NCBI GenBank assembly: GCA_965198945.1
Contig: CBDAQI010000013.1
Coordinates: 191,160-255,159, forward strand
Direction of reading: 5' to 3'
Origin: Thermodesulfobacteriota bacterium
GTDB lineage: Bacteria; Desulfobacterota_D; UBA1144; Nemesobacterales; Mycalebacteriaceae
DNA: 64,000 nucleotides
The notes below the pieces were generated by a model, which did no database searches, was not told the DNA's origin, and was given only the letters and a program-made list of their open reading frames with translations. Position numbers and translations under genes: made by a program. Below are positions 1-9,514 of this stretch, piece by piece. Within the stretch, counting starts at the first letter, position 1, and each line of letters opens with the position of its first letter.

Positions 1-277
1 CGCCGAACAACCGTTTGATGTCTTCCTGAGTGGCGAGAGTGTCTTCAATAGTGTCGTGCAGAAGCCCGGTTGCAACGGTATTATTGTCAAGCCCCATCTG
101 CGCAAGTATGAGTGAAACTTCAAGAGGATGGCTCAGATACGGCTCCCCGGAAAACCTCTTTTGGCCGGCATGCACCTTGGCGGAATAAACATATGCTTTC
201 TTTATAAGACTGATATCTGATTCCGAAAGGGAACCGCAACGCCCGGCTTCATCAATAATATCGTTAAGTCTTATCAT
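1..277 (-). CDS. spoT: RelA/SpoT family (p)ppGpp synthetase/hydrolase, N-terminal part (runs off window)
   Basis: Manual translation from ATG 277: MIRLNDIIDEAG...KAYVYSAKVHAGQKRFSGEPYLSHPLEV...ATGLLHDTIEDT (HD hydrolase motifs); lies directly after gmk. Confidence 0.9.
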   Translation of the reverse strand, partial: MIRLNDIIDEAGRCGSLSESDISLIKKAYVYSAKVHAGQKRFSGEPYLSHPLEVSLILAQMGLDNNTVATGLLHDTIEDTLATQEDIKRLFG

Positions 278-289
278 TCAACTTCAGAT

Positions 290-892
290 TCAGTCAGAAT
301 ATGCCGCTTTGATGCTTTCTATTCTTTCTTTACGGGTTCTAAACATCTTTATGGCGGACTCAATCTCTTTTTTTGCGTCATCAAGTTTGTCATTCACAAT
401 TACGTAGTCGTATTGGTGAATAAGGGAAAGCTCCTGTCTTAATGAATCAAGTCTTTTGTTTATGCTGCCCGTATTTTCGGTGTTTCTTTTTCTGAGCCTT
501 TCCTTGAGCCTGGCAATGTCAGGCGGAGCGACAAATATCAAAACGGCTTCGGGAAATCTGTCTTTAATGCTCCCGGCGCCTTTGACATCCACATCCAGAA
601 TTACATCAGCCACTCCTCCCGCGGCCGAAGACGCCTTTTTTATCTCATTCCACGGGGTTCCGTAACGGTTTCCGTGAACAACCGCCCATTCGGCGAAATA
701 CCCTTCGTTTATAAGGCGGTCAAATGTCTCATCGTCAACAAAATCATAGTCATTGACATCGCCGTTATCTTCCGGTCTGTGCTCACGCGTTGTACAGGAA
801 ATGGAAAAATCCACCTCCGGCATCACACTTCTTATATGTTTCACAAGTGTTGTTTTGCCGCTCGCGGAGGGACCTGAAATTACAAATATCAT
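290..892 (-). CDS. gmk: Guanylate kinase
   Basis: GPSASGKTT P-loop, SCTTR, EWAVVHGNRYGT, ILDVDVKG. Confidence 0.96.
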   Translation of the reverse strand: MIFVISGPSASGKTTLVKHIRSVMPEVDFSISCTTREHRPEDNGDVNDYDFVDDETFDRLINEGYFAEWAVVHGNRYGTPWNEIKKASSAAGGVADVILDVDVKGAGSIKDRFPEAVLIFVAPPDIARLKERLRKRNTENTGSINKRLDSLRQELSLIHQYDYVIVNDKLDDAKKEIESAIKMFRTRKERIESIKAAYSD

Positions 893-901
893 TGCGGTGC
901 A

Positions 902-910
902 ATTATATCA
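902..910 (-). promoter_or_regulatory. Extended -10 promoter (TGaTATAAT) 9 nt upstream of gmk ATG
   Basis: Minus strand reads TGA-TATAAT-tgcaccgca-ATG; no Shine-Dalgarno. Confidence 0.65.
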
Positions 911-926
911 GAAGGCTTGGAAAAAC

Positions 927-1604
927 TTAAAAAGAAGCGACATTCACGGCGTCAAGTTCAGAGACTGATGCAACAACTGTGTCAGCCCGCAAAAGCTCTT
1001 CGCGCGGATGTGAATTTGTCACCGCAACACATTTCATCCCCGCCGCCTTTGCGGCGGAGATCCCATGCGGGGAATCTTCTATTACAACACACTCCCATGC
1101 GCGGACTTGACTGCCGGACACCGGTATGGCATTCAATCCTTTCAGGGCGTGAATAAAAATTTCCGGGTTGGGTTTGCAGCTTTCACAGTCTTCAGCGCTT
1201 GCCACAAAGGAAAACAGACTGAGAAGATCTGCACGCAAAAGTGTTGATTCTATCTCTTTTCTGAGGGCTCCGGAAGCTATTGCAAGAGCAAAACCTGCCG
1301 CCGCAAGAGACTTTATAAAATCTTCAATACCCTCAAAAAAAGGGCAGCTTTCTATCAGTGAAGATGTCACAAGTGATTTTTGACGGGTCAGCTCCGCCAC
1401 CGTACCGGCATCTGTGTCTTTGCCGTTTTCTCCCAGCAGAGCCTTGAAGAATGTCTTGTCATCAAGGGCGAGATATTTTGAAAAATAATCGCTTTCGGAA
1501 ATCTCAATCCCGAGCGGGGAAAGGACATTCCTGAAAGCCTCCAGATGAACTTCTTCAGTATCGGCAATAACACCGTCAAAATCAAATATAACAACCCTTG
1601 CCAT
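927..1604 (-). CDS. HAD-family phosphatase (beta-PGM/CbbY-like)
   Basis: IFDFDGVIADTE, KPNPEIF, CVVIEDSPHGI. Confidence 0.9.
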   Translation of the reverse strand: MARVVIFDFDGVIADTEEVHLEAFRNVLSPLGIEISESDYFSKYLALDDKTFFKALLGENGKDTDAGTVAELTRQKSLVTSSLIESCPFFEGIEDFIKSLAAAGFALAIASGALRKEIESTLLRADLLSLFSFVASAEDCESCKPNPEIFIHALKGLNAIPVSGSQVRAWECVVIEDSPHGISAAKAAGMKCVAVTNSHPREELLRADTVVASVSELDAVNVASF

Positions 1605-1661
1605 TGTTAATTTTCCAAAGCAGAATGGTAGGATAGCACACTAGACAAGAGGTTTTTATCA

Positions 1662-1997
1662 ATGAGCTACTATGACCCCGAAGATTTGAAAAAATTTGGC
1701 GAAGTCGGCGGTTTCGCAAAGGACTTGATGGATAAATTTTTTGACTATTACAATGCGGCCACATCGGAGGAAGGATCTCTGACAAAACGCGAAAAAGCCC
1801 TGATTGCGCTCGCGGTGGCGCATTCAAAGCAGTGTCCTTACTGTATAGAAGCCTACACGAACAAATGTATTGAAAGCGGAGCGGGTCCCGAAGAAATGAC
1901 CGAAGCCGTTCATGTAGCGGCCTCAATGGAGGCGGGAGTGAAACTGATACACGCTGTTCAGATGCGCAAAACTATGAAGAAAAACGGAGCTATCTGA
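1662..1997 (+). CDS. AhpD/carboxymuconolactone-decarboxylase-like protein of the arsenosugar-associated peroxidase-like family
   Basis: REKALIALAVAH..QCPYC (CxxC), EAVHVAA; family typically next to ArsS; RBS GAGG upstream. Confidence 0.85.
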   Translation: MSYYDPEDLKKFGEVGGFAKDLMDKFFDYYNAATSEEGSLTKREKALIALAVAHSKQCPYCIEAYTNKCIESGAGPEEMTEAVHVAASMEAGVKLIHAVQMRKTMKKNGAI

Positions 1998-2020
1998 AAA
2001 CCTTACGGTGAAAAGCTCCG

Positions 2021-3019
2021 ATGATGAAACAAAACAAAGCAGACAAAGACTTCGTCCGTTTTATAAAAAGATTGGGGATAAGCATAACCCCTCTTTCCGT
2101 TAAAACCCTTCAGGTAAACATAACAAAGCTCTGCAATCAGGCGTGTGTTCACTGCCATGTTGACGCATCTCCGAAACGCACTGAGCAAATGAGCCGGACA
2201 ACGGTCAACCGCTGTCTGGAAATCCTTGCGGACAAAAAAATGGAAATTCTTGATATTACCGGCGGCGCCCCCGAACTGAATCCGCATTTTGATTATTTTG
2301 TTGAGAAGGCGGCCGGGCTCGGCAAACGGGTAATAGTCCGTCACAACCTCACCGTTACACTTGACGGCAATCCCGTGAACGGTGAAAGCAAGGAGTATCT
2401 GCCTGAATTTTTTGCCCGGCACGGAGTTGAAGTGGTTTCATCTCTGCCTCATTACGATGAGTATTTTACCGACAAGCAGAGAGGGAAAGGGGTTTTTGAA
2501 AAGAGTATTCGCGCCGCACTGCTGCTTAATGAACAGGGATACGGAAAAGAAAAAAGCGGGCTTGTATTGAATTTTGTCTACAATCCGCCCGGCGAATATC
2601 TTCCCTCAGATCAGGATGGTCTTGAAAAAACTTTTAAGGAAAAACTCAGAAGCAGGCACGGCATCAGCTTCAACAGCCTTTACTGTTTGACAAATATGCC
2701 CGTCAACAGGTTCCGGCAGTTTCTAATCAGAAAAAACAAATACGAATCCTACATGGAAAAACTTATCTCATCGTTCAATCCCGCCGCCGCAGAGAGAGTG
2801 ATGTGCAGAAACATGATAAGCGTTGACCATAAAGGCGCTCTTTATGATTGTGATTTCAACCAAATGCTGAAAATGGGGGTTGTCCGCAAAGACGGAGAAA
2901 AAGCCACCGTATTCAACTCATCGGTTGAAGAAATAACGGGGCGCGGCATAAAGTTCGGAAGCCACTGTTTCGGCTGCACCGCGGGATGCGGAAGCAGCTG
3001 TGGCGGAGAAATTTCTTAA
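2021..3019 (+). CDS. arsS: Radical SAM/Cys-rich protein, arsenosugar biosynthesis ArsS family
   Basis: CNQACVHC, LDITGGAPELNP, MCR..ISVD..G.LYDCDFNQML, C-terminal HCFGCTAGCGSSCGG. Confidence 0.9.
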   Translation: MMKQNKADKDFVRFIKRLGISITPLSVKTLQVNITKLCNQACVHCHVDASPKRTEQMSRTTVNRCLEILADKKMEILDITGGAPELNPHFDYFVEKAAGLGKRVIVRHNLTVTLDGNPVNGESKEYLPEFFARHGVEVVSSLPHYDEYFTDKQRGKGVFEKSIRAALLLNEQGYGKEKSGLVLNFVYNPPGEYLPSDQDGLEKTFKEKLRSRHGISFNSLYCLTNMPVNRFRQFLIRKNKYESYMEKLISSFNPAAAERVMCRNMISVDHKGALYDCDFNQMLKMGVVRKDGEKATVFNSSVEEITGRGIKFGSHCFGCTAGCGSSCGGEIS

Positions 3020-3091
3020 TTTTTGATTCCGTCCCGCCACAACCGGTTCGGGCTGTGAAAATCCCTGAAAACTGATATTATTCAGCCCCGT

Positions 3092-3691
3092 ATGGACACG
3101 GTCGCAGTTTTTCTTAAACACCCGACCCCCGGAAGGGTAAAGACCAGAATCGCAAAAGATATTGGAGCCGTGCGCGCCGCACGGATTTACTCCGCAATGG
3201 CTGAAGCCGTTGTTGAGACAATAGCCGGCCAGCATCCCTTCCACATATTTTATGACCCTCCGGAAAAGAAAAATGAAATTGCGCAATGGCTGGGATTTAG
3301 GGAAAATCTTATTGCTCAAAGAGGAAACAGCCTGGGTGAAAAAATATCAAACGCAATTGATGACTGTCTGGCCGGAGGGAGCCGCAAGGTCGTTGTAATA
3401 GGAACGGACTGCATTGAGTTGACATCCGCAATTGTTAAAGACTCGTTTAAAAAGCTTGATGAAGCGGACGCCGTAATCGGGCCGTGTGAAGACTGCGGGT
3501 ATTATCTGATAGGATTAAAACAAAACCACACAAAAATTTTTGAAGGAATAGATTGGAGCACTGATAAAGTTATGCATCAAACTCTTGAAAAAATGGAAAA
3601 ACTTTCTCTGAAAACAAGTTTGCTGGAACAACTGCGTGACATAGACTCCGTAGAAGACCTCAGCGAAGACATCATGAAAAAAATAAACTGA
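3092..3691 (+). CDS. TIGR04282/DUF2064-type arsenosugar-associated glycosyltransferase-like protein
   Basis: FLKHPTPGRVKTRI, QRGNSLGEK, VIGTDC, VIGPCEDCGYYLIGL, IDWST, LRDIDSVEDL. Confidence 0.88.
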   Translation: MDTVAVFLKHPTPGRVKTRIAKDIGAVRAARIYSAMAEAVVETIAGQHPFHIFYDPPEKKNEIAQWLGFRENLIAQRGNSLGEKISNAIDDCLAGGSRKVVVIGTDCIELTSAIVKDSFKKLDEADAVIGPCEDCGYYLIGLKQNHTKIFEGIDWSTDKVMHQTLEKMEKLSLKTSLLEQLRDIDSVEDLSEDIMKKIN

Positions 3692-3703
3692 AAGAGCGGC
3701 AAG

Positions 3704-4444
3704 ATGATTGAAACACCGCTTTCCCAACCCGCTTTCACCCTCGCCTTTCTTGCGGGTGTGGCATCTTTTCTTTCACCCTGCATTTTTCCGCTTATTCCGG
3801 GATATCTATCCGCCATTTCGGCAAAAAACTCCCGCAGCGTCATGCCTTCGGGCGGGGCTTCTCTGCTTTTTCCGACACTGTTTTTCGTTTCCGGATTTTC
3901 AATTGTTTTTTCACTTCTTGGAACATCGGCCTCTTTTTTCGGCTCTTTTCTGTCATCAAACAGAGAAATTCTTTCAACCGTTTCCGGATCTCTGATAATG
4001 ATTCTCGGTCTCTTTACAATGGAAGTGGTGAAAATCCCTTTTCTTCAAAAAGAAACGGCGCGCATTCAGATAAAAAGCGGAAGATCCGTCTATGTGTTCC
4101 TTCTCGGATGCGCCTTTGCAATCGGATGGACACCTTGCATAGGGCCCATGCTTGCTTCAATACTGTCTTATGCGTCTTTTCAAGAACCGGGGAGAGGATT
4201 TTTCCTGCTGCTCGTATATTCCCTTGGAATTGGAATGCCGTTTATTCTCACGGGTCTTTTCTTTTCCAGATGGCGGACGCTTTCGCATGCCGTGCGGAAT
4301 TATTATCCTTTTTACAAATATATCGTGGGTTCAATGATGGTGATTGTGGGCTTTTTAATGTCAGCCGACCTTTTGTTCTATCTGAACATATACGGACAGA
4401 GAGTGTTTGAACTGCTGGGAATAGATTTCTGGGAGAAAATCTGA
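3704..4444 (+). CDS. ccdA: Cytochrome c biogenesis/DsbD-type transmembrane reductase CcdA
   Basis: FLSPCIFPLIP and AIGWTPCIGP motifs; multiple hydrophobic segments. Confidence 0.93.
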   Translation: MIETPLSQPAFTLAFLAGVASFLSPCIFPLIPGYLSAISAKNSRSVMPSGGASLLFPTLFFVSGFSIVFSLLGTSASFFGSFLSSNREILSTVSGSLIMILGLFTMEVVKIPFLQKETARIQIKSGRSVYVFLLGCAFAIGWTPCIGPMLASILSYASFQEPGRGFFLLLVYSLGIGMPFILTGLFFSRWRTLSHAVRNYYPFYKYIVGSMMVIVGFLMSADLLFYLNIYGQRVFELLGIDFWEKI

Positions 4445-4470
4445 TTGTGTGGGGCGCCGGCGTGGAAGTG

Positions 4471-4499
4471 TTGACTAACCGCGTCTGTTTGCTTATATT
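4471..4499 (+). promoter_or_regulatory. Sigma70-type promoter for the FmdB-malic enzyme unit
   Basis: TTGACT-17 nt-TATATT; RBS GGAGGAG before ATG 4536. Confidence 0.6.
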
Positions 4500-4535
4500 T
4501 TCCTCTAACTTCCACATGCCCCGGAGGAGTTTTAT

Positions 4536-4796
4536 ATGCCTTGTTATGAATATGAATGTATTAAATGCGGAGACCGGTTTGAGTTTCTCCATCTTGGAAA
4601 AGACGATATTGCGAAATGCGAAAAGTGCGGAACCAAAAGGGTGAAAAAGCTGCCCTCTTCATTTGGTTTTGGATTCAAGGGCTTCGGAGCGCCCTCCGTA
4701 TCACAGGGTGAACCGGCGGCTATGCCCGGAAAGGAACAGGAAAGCGCTCAGGGGGGATGCGGATGTTCGTCCGTTTCCTGTGGTTGCTCTTCTTAA
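4536..4796 (+). CDS. FmdB-family zinc-ribbon protein with Cys-rich tail
   Basis: MPCYEYECIKCG...CEKCG; tail GGCGCSSVSCGC. Confidence 0.88.
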   Translation: MPCYEYECIKCGDRFEFLHLGKDDIAKCEKCGTKRVKKLPSSFGFGFKGFGAPSVSQGEPAAMPGKEQESAQGGCGCSSVSCGCSS

Positions 4797-4820
4797 CAAA
4801 AAATTACGAGAGAAATTAAA

Positions 4821-6110
4821 ATGGCAAAAGAAAAAGACTTAAAAAAATCCGCTCTGGAATATCACAGGAAAGAAAGAAAAGGAAAACTTGAAGTTCTTCC
4901 GACAAAACCGTGTGACACCCAGTGGGACTTGTCTCTCGCATACTCTCCCGGAGTTGCGGAGCCGTGCAGAGAGATAGAAAAAAATCCGGGCGCCGCATAT
5001 GAATACACCAACAAAGGCAATCTTGTCGGCGTCATTTCAAACGGAACGGCCGTTCTGGGGCTCGGCAACATCGGCGCGCTGGCGGGCAAGCCCGTTATGG
5101 AGGGCAAAGGTGTTCTGTTCAAAAAATTCGCTGACATTGACGCCTACGACATTGACATAAACTGCTCCGACCCGGACCAATTCATTGAAATCGTAAACAG
5201 TCTTGAGCCCACCTTCGGAGGAATAAATCTTGAAGATATAAAAGCTCCGGAGTGCTTCAAGATTGAAGAGGAATTGAAAGAGCGGATGGAAATTCCGGTT
5301 TTTCATGATGACCAGCACGGAACGGCCATTATATCGGGCGCCGGTCTTATAAATGCCTGCGAACTTTCAGGCAAAAACATTGAAGACCTTACAATGGTTT
5401 TTAACGGAGCCGGAGCATCGGCAATAGCTTGCGCAGAACTTTTTATCTCTCTCGGTGTCAAAAGGGAAAACATAATTATGTGCGACAGCCGCGGAGTCAT
5501 ATACGAGGGACGGGGCGAGGGAATGAATCCGCAAAAAGAGATGTTCGCGGTTAAAACAACACACAGAACCGTTGAAGATGCCATGAAAGGGGCGCAGTGT
5601 TTTGTCGGCCTTTCAAACGGAGGCGCCGTAAGCAAGGATATGGTGAGAAGCATGGACAGCAATCCGATAATCTTCGCCATGGCAAATCCCGATCCCGAAA
5701 TCTCATATGAAGACGCCAAAAGCGCGAGAAATGACGATGTTATTATGGCAACCGGAAGGTCTGACTACCCGAATCAGGTCAACAATGTCCTGGGCTTTCC
5801 TTTTATATTTCGCGGCGCTCTTGATGTGCGGGCAAAAGCAATAAATGAAGAGATGAAAATAGCGGCCGTTCACTCTCTCGCCGCTCTCGCAAAAGAGCCG
5901 GTTCCCGAAAGTGTAATAAAAGCCTACGGAGGAGACCCGATTGAATTTTCTCCCGATTACATAGTGCCGAAACCGTTTGATCCGCGCGTTCTTGCATGGG
6001 AATCGGCTGCGGTCGCCGAGGCGGCAATAAAGTCCGGCTCTGCAAGAATCAAAATAGACATCAAAAAATACAAGCAGTCGCTTGAGAAAAAGATACAAGA
6101 CCAGCTTTGA
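4821..6110 (+). CDS. maeB: NAD(P)-dependent malic enzyme (MaeB-like, without PTA domain)
   Basis: [46 protein letters not shown]. Confidence 0.92.
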   Translation: MAKEKDLKKSALEYHRKERKGKLEVLPTKPCDTQWDLSLAYSPGVAEPCREIEKNPGAAYEYTNKGNLVGVISNGTAVLGLGNIGALAGKPVMEGKGVLFKKFADIDAYDIDINCSDPDQFIEIVNSLEPTFGGINLEDIKAPECFKIEEELKERMEIPVFHDDQHGTAIISGAGLINACELSGKNIEDLTMVFNGAGASAIACAELFISLGVKRENIIMCDSRGVIYEGRGEGMNPQKEMFAVKTTHRTVEDAMKGAQCFVGLSNGGAVSKDMVRSMDSNPIIFAMANPDPEISYEDAKSARNDDVIMATGRSDYPNQVNNVLGFPFIFRGALDVRAKAINEEMKIAAVHSLAALAKEPVPESVIKAYGGDPIEFSPDYIVPKPFDPRVLAWESAAVAEAAIKSGSARIKIDIKKYKQSLEKKIQDQL

Positions 6111-6772
6111 GTTTCCATGCCGTCATTTTTGACATGGACGGGGTGCTGATAAACAGCGAGCCTCTCTGGGAAGAAACGGAAATCAGACTTCTCAAGTCAA
6201 TGGGAGCGGAATATGATCCCGCTTTCAGAGACAACGTTGTCGGTCTCAGTCAGGCTGCCTCGTCAAAACTTATCATCCGCGAATTTGGTTTGAATTGTTC
6301 TCCTGGGGAACTGATAAGCCGCCGCGTGGAAATTCTCCTTGGCATATACGATGAAAAACTCACAATGTTCAAGGGCGCCGGTGAGCTCATTGAAAGTTTG
6401 AAAAAGGCGGGATTTCAAACCGGTCTTGCCTCCAGTTCACCGATGAGAGTAATAAACTATGTGCTTGAAAAGTTTTCTCTTATGACGTTTTTTGACGCCG
6501 TAGTTTCGGGAGACTGCGTGGAAAACGGCAAACCCGCGCCGGACATATATCTGCTTGCGGCGGAGAAACTGGGAACAAAACCGTCGGAATGCATGGCCGT
6601 TGAAGACTCTCCCAACGGGGCAAAATCGGCTGTTTCAGCGGGAATGTTCTGTATAGGAATTCCGGACAAACGTCTCAAACTTGAAGAATTTCAGGTTTGC
6701 GACGCAATTTGCAACAGCATGGCCGAGGCAGAACAAATTATTTCTCTACAGGATTTTAACGGTCAAAGTTAA
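6107..6772 (+). CDS. HAD-family phosphatase
   Basis: [29 protein letters not shown] start overlaps maeB stop. Confidence 0.9.
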   Translation: MSFHAVIFDMDGVLINSEPLWEETEIRLLKSMGAEYDPAFRDNVVGLSQAASSKLIIREFGLNCSPGELISRRVEILLGIYDEKLTMFKGAGELIESLKKAGFQTGLASSSPMRVINYVLEKFSLMTFFDAVVSGDCVENGKPAPDIYLLAAEKLGTKPSECMAVEDSPNGAKSAVSAGMFCIGIPDKRLKLEEFQVCDAICNSMAEAEQIISLQDFNGQS

Positions 6773-7259
6773 ATTTTTTTGGAAAATCAAAATCAACCAG
6801 TTTTCCGTTTCCGCCCGAAAGATTAGCCCACAATTCCGCGTCAGTTTCAATTTGAACAACGCCGCAAGTGGGAACATTTGCTATTGCTTCTCCGCTCAGC
6901 AGATTTGACAAGTCCGTTACCGCAAAATTGTGACAGAAAACCGCCACCGTTGAGAATTTTTCATCCATTGCCAATTCAACGGCTTGAAGAAGGCTGCCGG
7001 CGTCAAAAGTGTAAAAAACTTCATTCGTGATGATTTTTTCGGGCGGAAAGCCTGCGGATTGGGTTACAAGTTTCGCCGTGTCAAAAGCCCTTTTTGCTGG
7101 GCTTGAATACACGGCTTCAAAACTTATCCGTTTTTGTTTCAAAAGCTCTCCCATTTTCGGAGCGTCAGAAAGTCCACGCTCATTGAGCGGACGGTCAAAG
7201 TCCGCAACTTTCCGGGTGCGATCGGACTTCGCGTGTCTTATTAAAAAAAGAGTCTTCAT
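6756..7259 (-). CDS. sixA: SixA-type histidine phosphatase
   Basis: LIRHAKSD, DRPLNERG, SSPAKRA, HN, PTCG. Confidence 0.88.
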   Translation of the reverse strand: MKTLFLIRHAKSDRTRKVADFDRPLNERGLSDAPKMGELLKQKRISFEAVYSSPAKRAFDTAKLVTQSAGFPPEKIITNEVFYTFDAGSLLQAVELAMDEKFSTVAVFCHNFAVTDLSNLLSGEAIANVPTCGVVQIETDAELWANLSGGNGKLVDFDFPKKFNFDR

Positions 7260-9445
7260 TTCACTTGGGCAAGACGCTTTATTAAGCGCCGTGAGTCTTC
7301 AACTGACGGAGCATAGAAACGCGCTCTGCTCGGAGTATCGCCTATTTTGATTGAATAAGCGCTCTGCGGAAGTTCCGAGAACATATCCTCATCAGTCTTA
7401 TCATCTCCCATTGCTATGACACAGTCCGGTTTATTTGAAAGCCAGCGGCGTATTGAGGCTCCTTTGTTTATTGAAAAATCGCATATCTCCACAACTTTAT
7501 TTCCCTGAATAACTTTGACTCCGAGATTCTGAACCGCTCCCGCAAGCGTCTCGTTCAACTCGCCCGTTCTGACAAACGCAAGGGAAGGATCCACTTTTCT
7601 GTAATGCCAGGCCAGAGAGTAGTTTTTATCTTCTATGAAGGAGCCTGGAGTCCTGTCGGTAAAAACTTCAAGGATGTGCAGAATGTCTTTTTTCCAATCC
7701 GTTGAAACCGTGGCCGCGCGCTGCCATCTTGGCCCGTCCTTTATCCATGCGCCGTGCTCGGCGACGATTGCGTTGCTTGAGTCTCCTAGCCATTTTGAAA
7801 GAGTTTTTCTGTCTCTTCCGCTGACGATGACAAGTTTGGCGTGCGGATTTGAAGAAATGGCACGCAAGTATTTTTTTATTTCCTCATCGGGTTTTGAGTC
7901 TCCGGGATTTTCCGTGAATGGAACAAGTGTGCCGTCATAATCAAGAAGGACAACCGAGTTACGGCTTGAACGGAATTTTCTGACAATTTCAGAAGACAGA
8001 CTTTTTGAAAGAACCTGGGATGACATTGCCGATTGCCGCCCTTTTATGGCGCGCAGCGCGCTGATAAAATCTTTTTTCCAACGTGCGAGGTCATATCTTA
8101 AGAGTCTCCGCCTCATGGCGCCCATATTGAGTTTGCGTTCGTCGTTTTTCATTTCAAGAGCTGAGAGAAGGATGTCCGAGATTTTTGAAATATCGTTGGG
8201 ATTGACGATAAAGGCTTCACCGAGCTCTCTTGAGGTTCCCGCAGTTTCGCTGAGAATCAGAGCGCCCAGCCCGTCGGGACGTGATGAAACATACTCTTTT
8301 GCGATAAGGTTCATGCCGTCTCTTTGAGGGGTTATAAAAAGAATATCGGCCAGGGAATAGAGTGCGACCATGCCCTGAAAAGTAAAAGACCGGTAAAGAT
8401 ATTTAATGGGCTCCCATCTAAGGCTCCCCCATTTGCCGTTTATTTCACTCACCATGCGCTCAATTTTTGAGCGTAAAATCTCGTAACGCTCCACATCGGT
8501 ACGTGAAGGAACGGCTATCAGCAAGAGAACCACCTTCTCTCTCCATTCCGGATTTTTCTTCAAAAAAAGCTCATAGGCTTCAATGCGTTTTTCTATTCCC
8601 TTTGTGTAATCCAGCCTGTCTATTGAAAGAATTATCCGGCAGCCGTCGGGAAAAAGTTTTTTTTGCATACTCACACTCTTTTTAACCGGAGGTGAATTGC
8701 GTGCGGAGGAAAACCGGTTTACATCCACTCCCATCGGAAACATGTCCGCCTTAACAAGCCGCTCACCTACCGTAAAAATGCCCAGAGAGTTTTCAATCCT
8801 TTTCACCCTTCTGACACTTTCGGCAAAATGCCTTACGTAGTCAAAAGTGTGGAATCCGATTAAGTCCGCACCAAGAAGGCCGTCCAGTATCTCTGCTCGC
8901 TCGGGAATAAGTCTGAATATCTCCGAAGAGGGAAAAGGCGTATGCAGAAAAAAACCGATTTGAGAGTCGGGCAGAGATTTTCTGAGCAGAGCCGGGAGAA
9001 GCATCAAATGGTAGTCATGTATCCATATCGTATCGCCGCCGCCGGCGATTTGAAGAACCGAAAGAGCGAATTTCTCATTGACCTTGCGGTATGTTTCATA
9101 GAAGCGCTTATTGTATTCGGCAAACTGGGGGAAATAGTGAAAAACCGGCCAGACCGTGGAGTTGCAGAAACCGTTATAGTGCCCGTCCACTTCTTCCGCA
9201 CTTAAAAAAACGGGGCGGATATTTTTCCCGGCAAATTCGTGTCGTAATTCACTGACATCTTTGCGGGAAAGCGATGAAGAAGATATCCCGGGCCATCCGA
9301 CCCAAACACCGTTTTCCCCGAACCCGGCGGCGCCGAGCCCGGTGGCAACACCGCCCACATTCTTTTTCAGGGAAAAACCTCCCCGCTTCTTTGGTATAAC
9401 TGAAACCGGAAGACGGTTTGAAATTGTTATTATCTTTGCTGACAT
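7256..9445 (-). CDS. Bifunctional trehalose-6-phosphate synthase/phosphatase (OtsA-OtsB fusion)
   Basis: Start re-assigned to ATG 9445 (MSAKIITISNRLP); GT20 motifs WIHDYHL, DRLDYTKG, DGMNL; HAD domain LDYDGTL, GDDKTDEDMF. Confidence 0.93.
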   Translation of the reverse strand: MSAKIITISNRLPVSVIPKKRGGFSLKKNVGGVATGLGAAGFGENGVWVGWPGISSSSLSRKDVSELRHEFAGKNIRPVFLSAEEVDGHYNGFCNSTVWPVFHYFPQFAEYNKRFYETYRKVNEKFALSVLQIAGGGDTIWIHDYHLMLLPALLRKSLPDSQIGFFLHTPFPSSEIFRLIPERAEILDGLLGADLIGFHTFDYVRHFAESVRRVKRIENSLGIFTVGERLVKADMFPMGVDVNRFSSARNSPPVKKSVSMQKKLFPDGCRIILSIDRLDYTKGIEKRIEAYELFLKKNPEWREKVVLLLIAVPSRTDVERYEILRSKIERMVSEINGKWGSLRWEPIKYLYRSFTFQGMVALYSLADILFITPQRDGMNLIAKEYVSSRPDGLGALILSETAGTSRELGEAFIVNPNDISKISDILLSALEMKNDERKLNMGAMRRRLLRYDLARWKKDFISALRAIKGRQSAMSSQVLSKSLSSEIVRKFRSSRNSVVLLDYDGTLVPFTENPGDSKPDEEIKKYLRAISSNPHAKLVIVSGRDRKTLSKWLGDSSNAIVAEHGAWIKDGPRWQRAATVSTDWKKDILHILEVFTDRTPGSFIEDKNYSLAWHYRKVDPSLAFVRTGELNETLAGAVQNLGVKVIQGNKVVEICDFSINKGASIRRWLSNKPDCVIAMGDDKTDEDMFSELPQSAYSIKIGDTPSRARFYAPSVEDSRRLIKRLAQVK

Positions 9446-9514
9446 ATAACACTGAACCGAGGCCTGAAAAGCTGCGTCGGCATTTTTCAAGTATAATACA
9501 CCCCGGCACCAACT

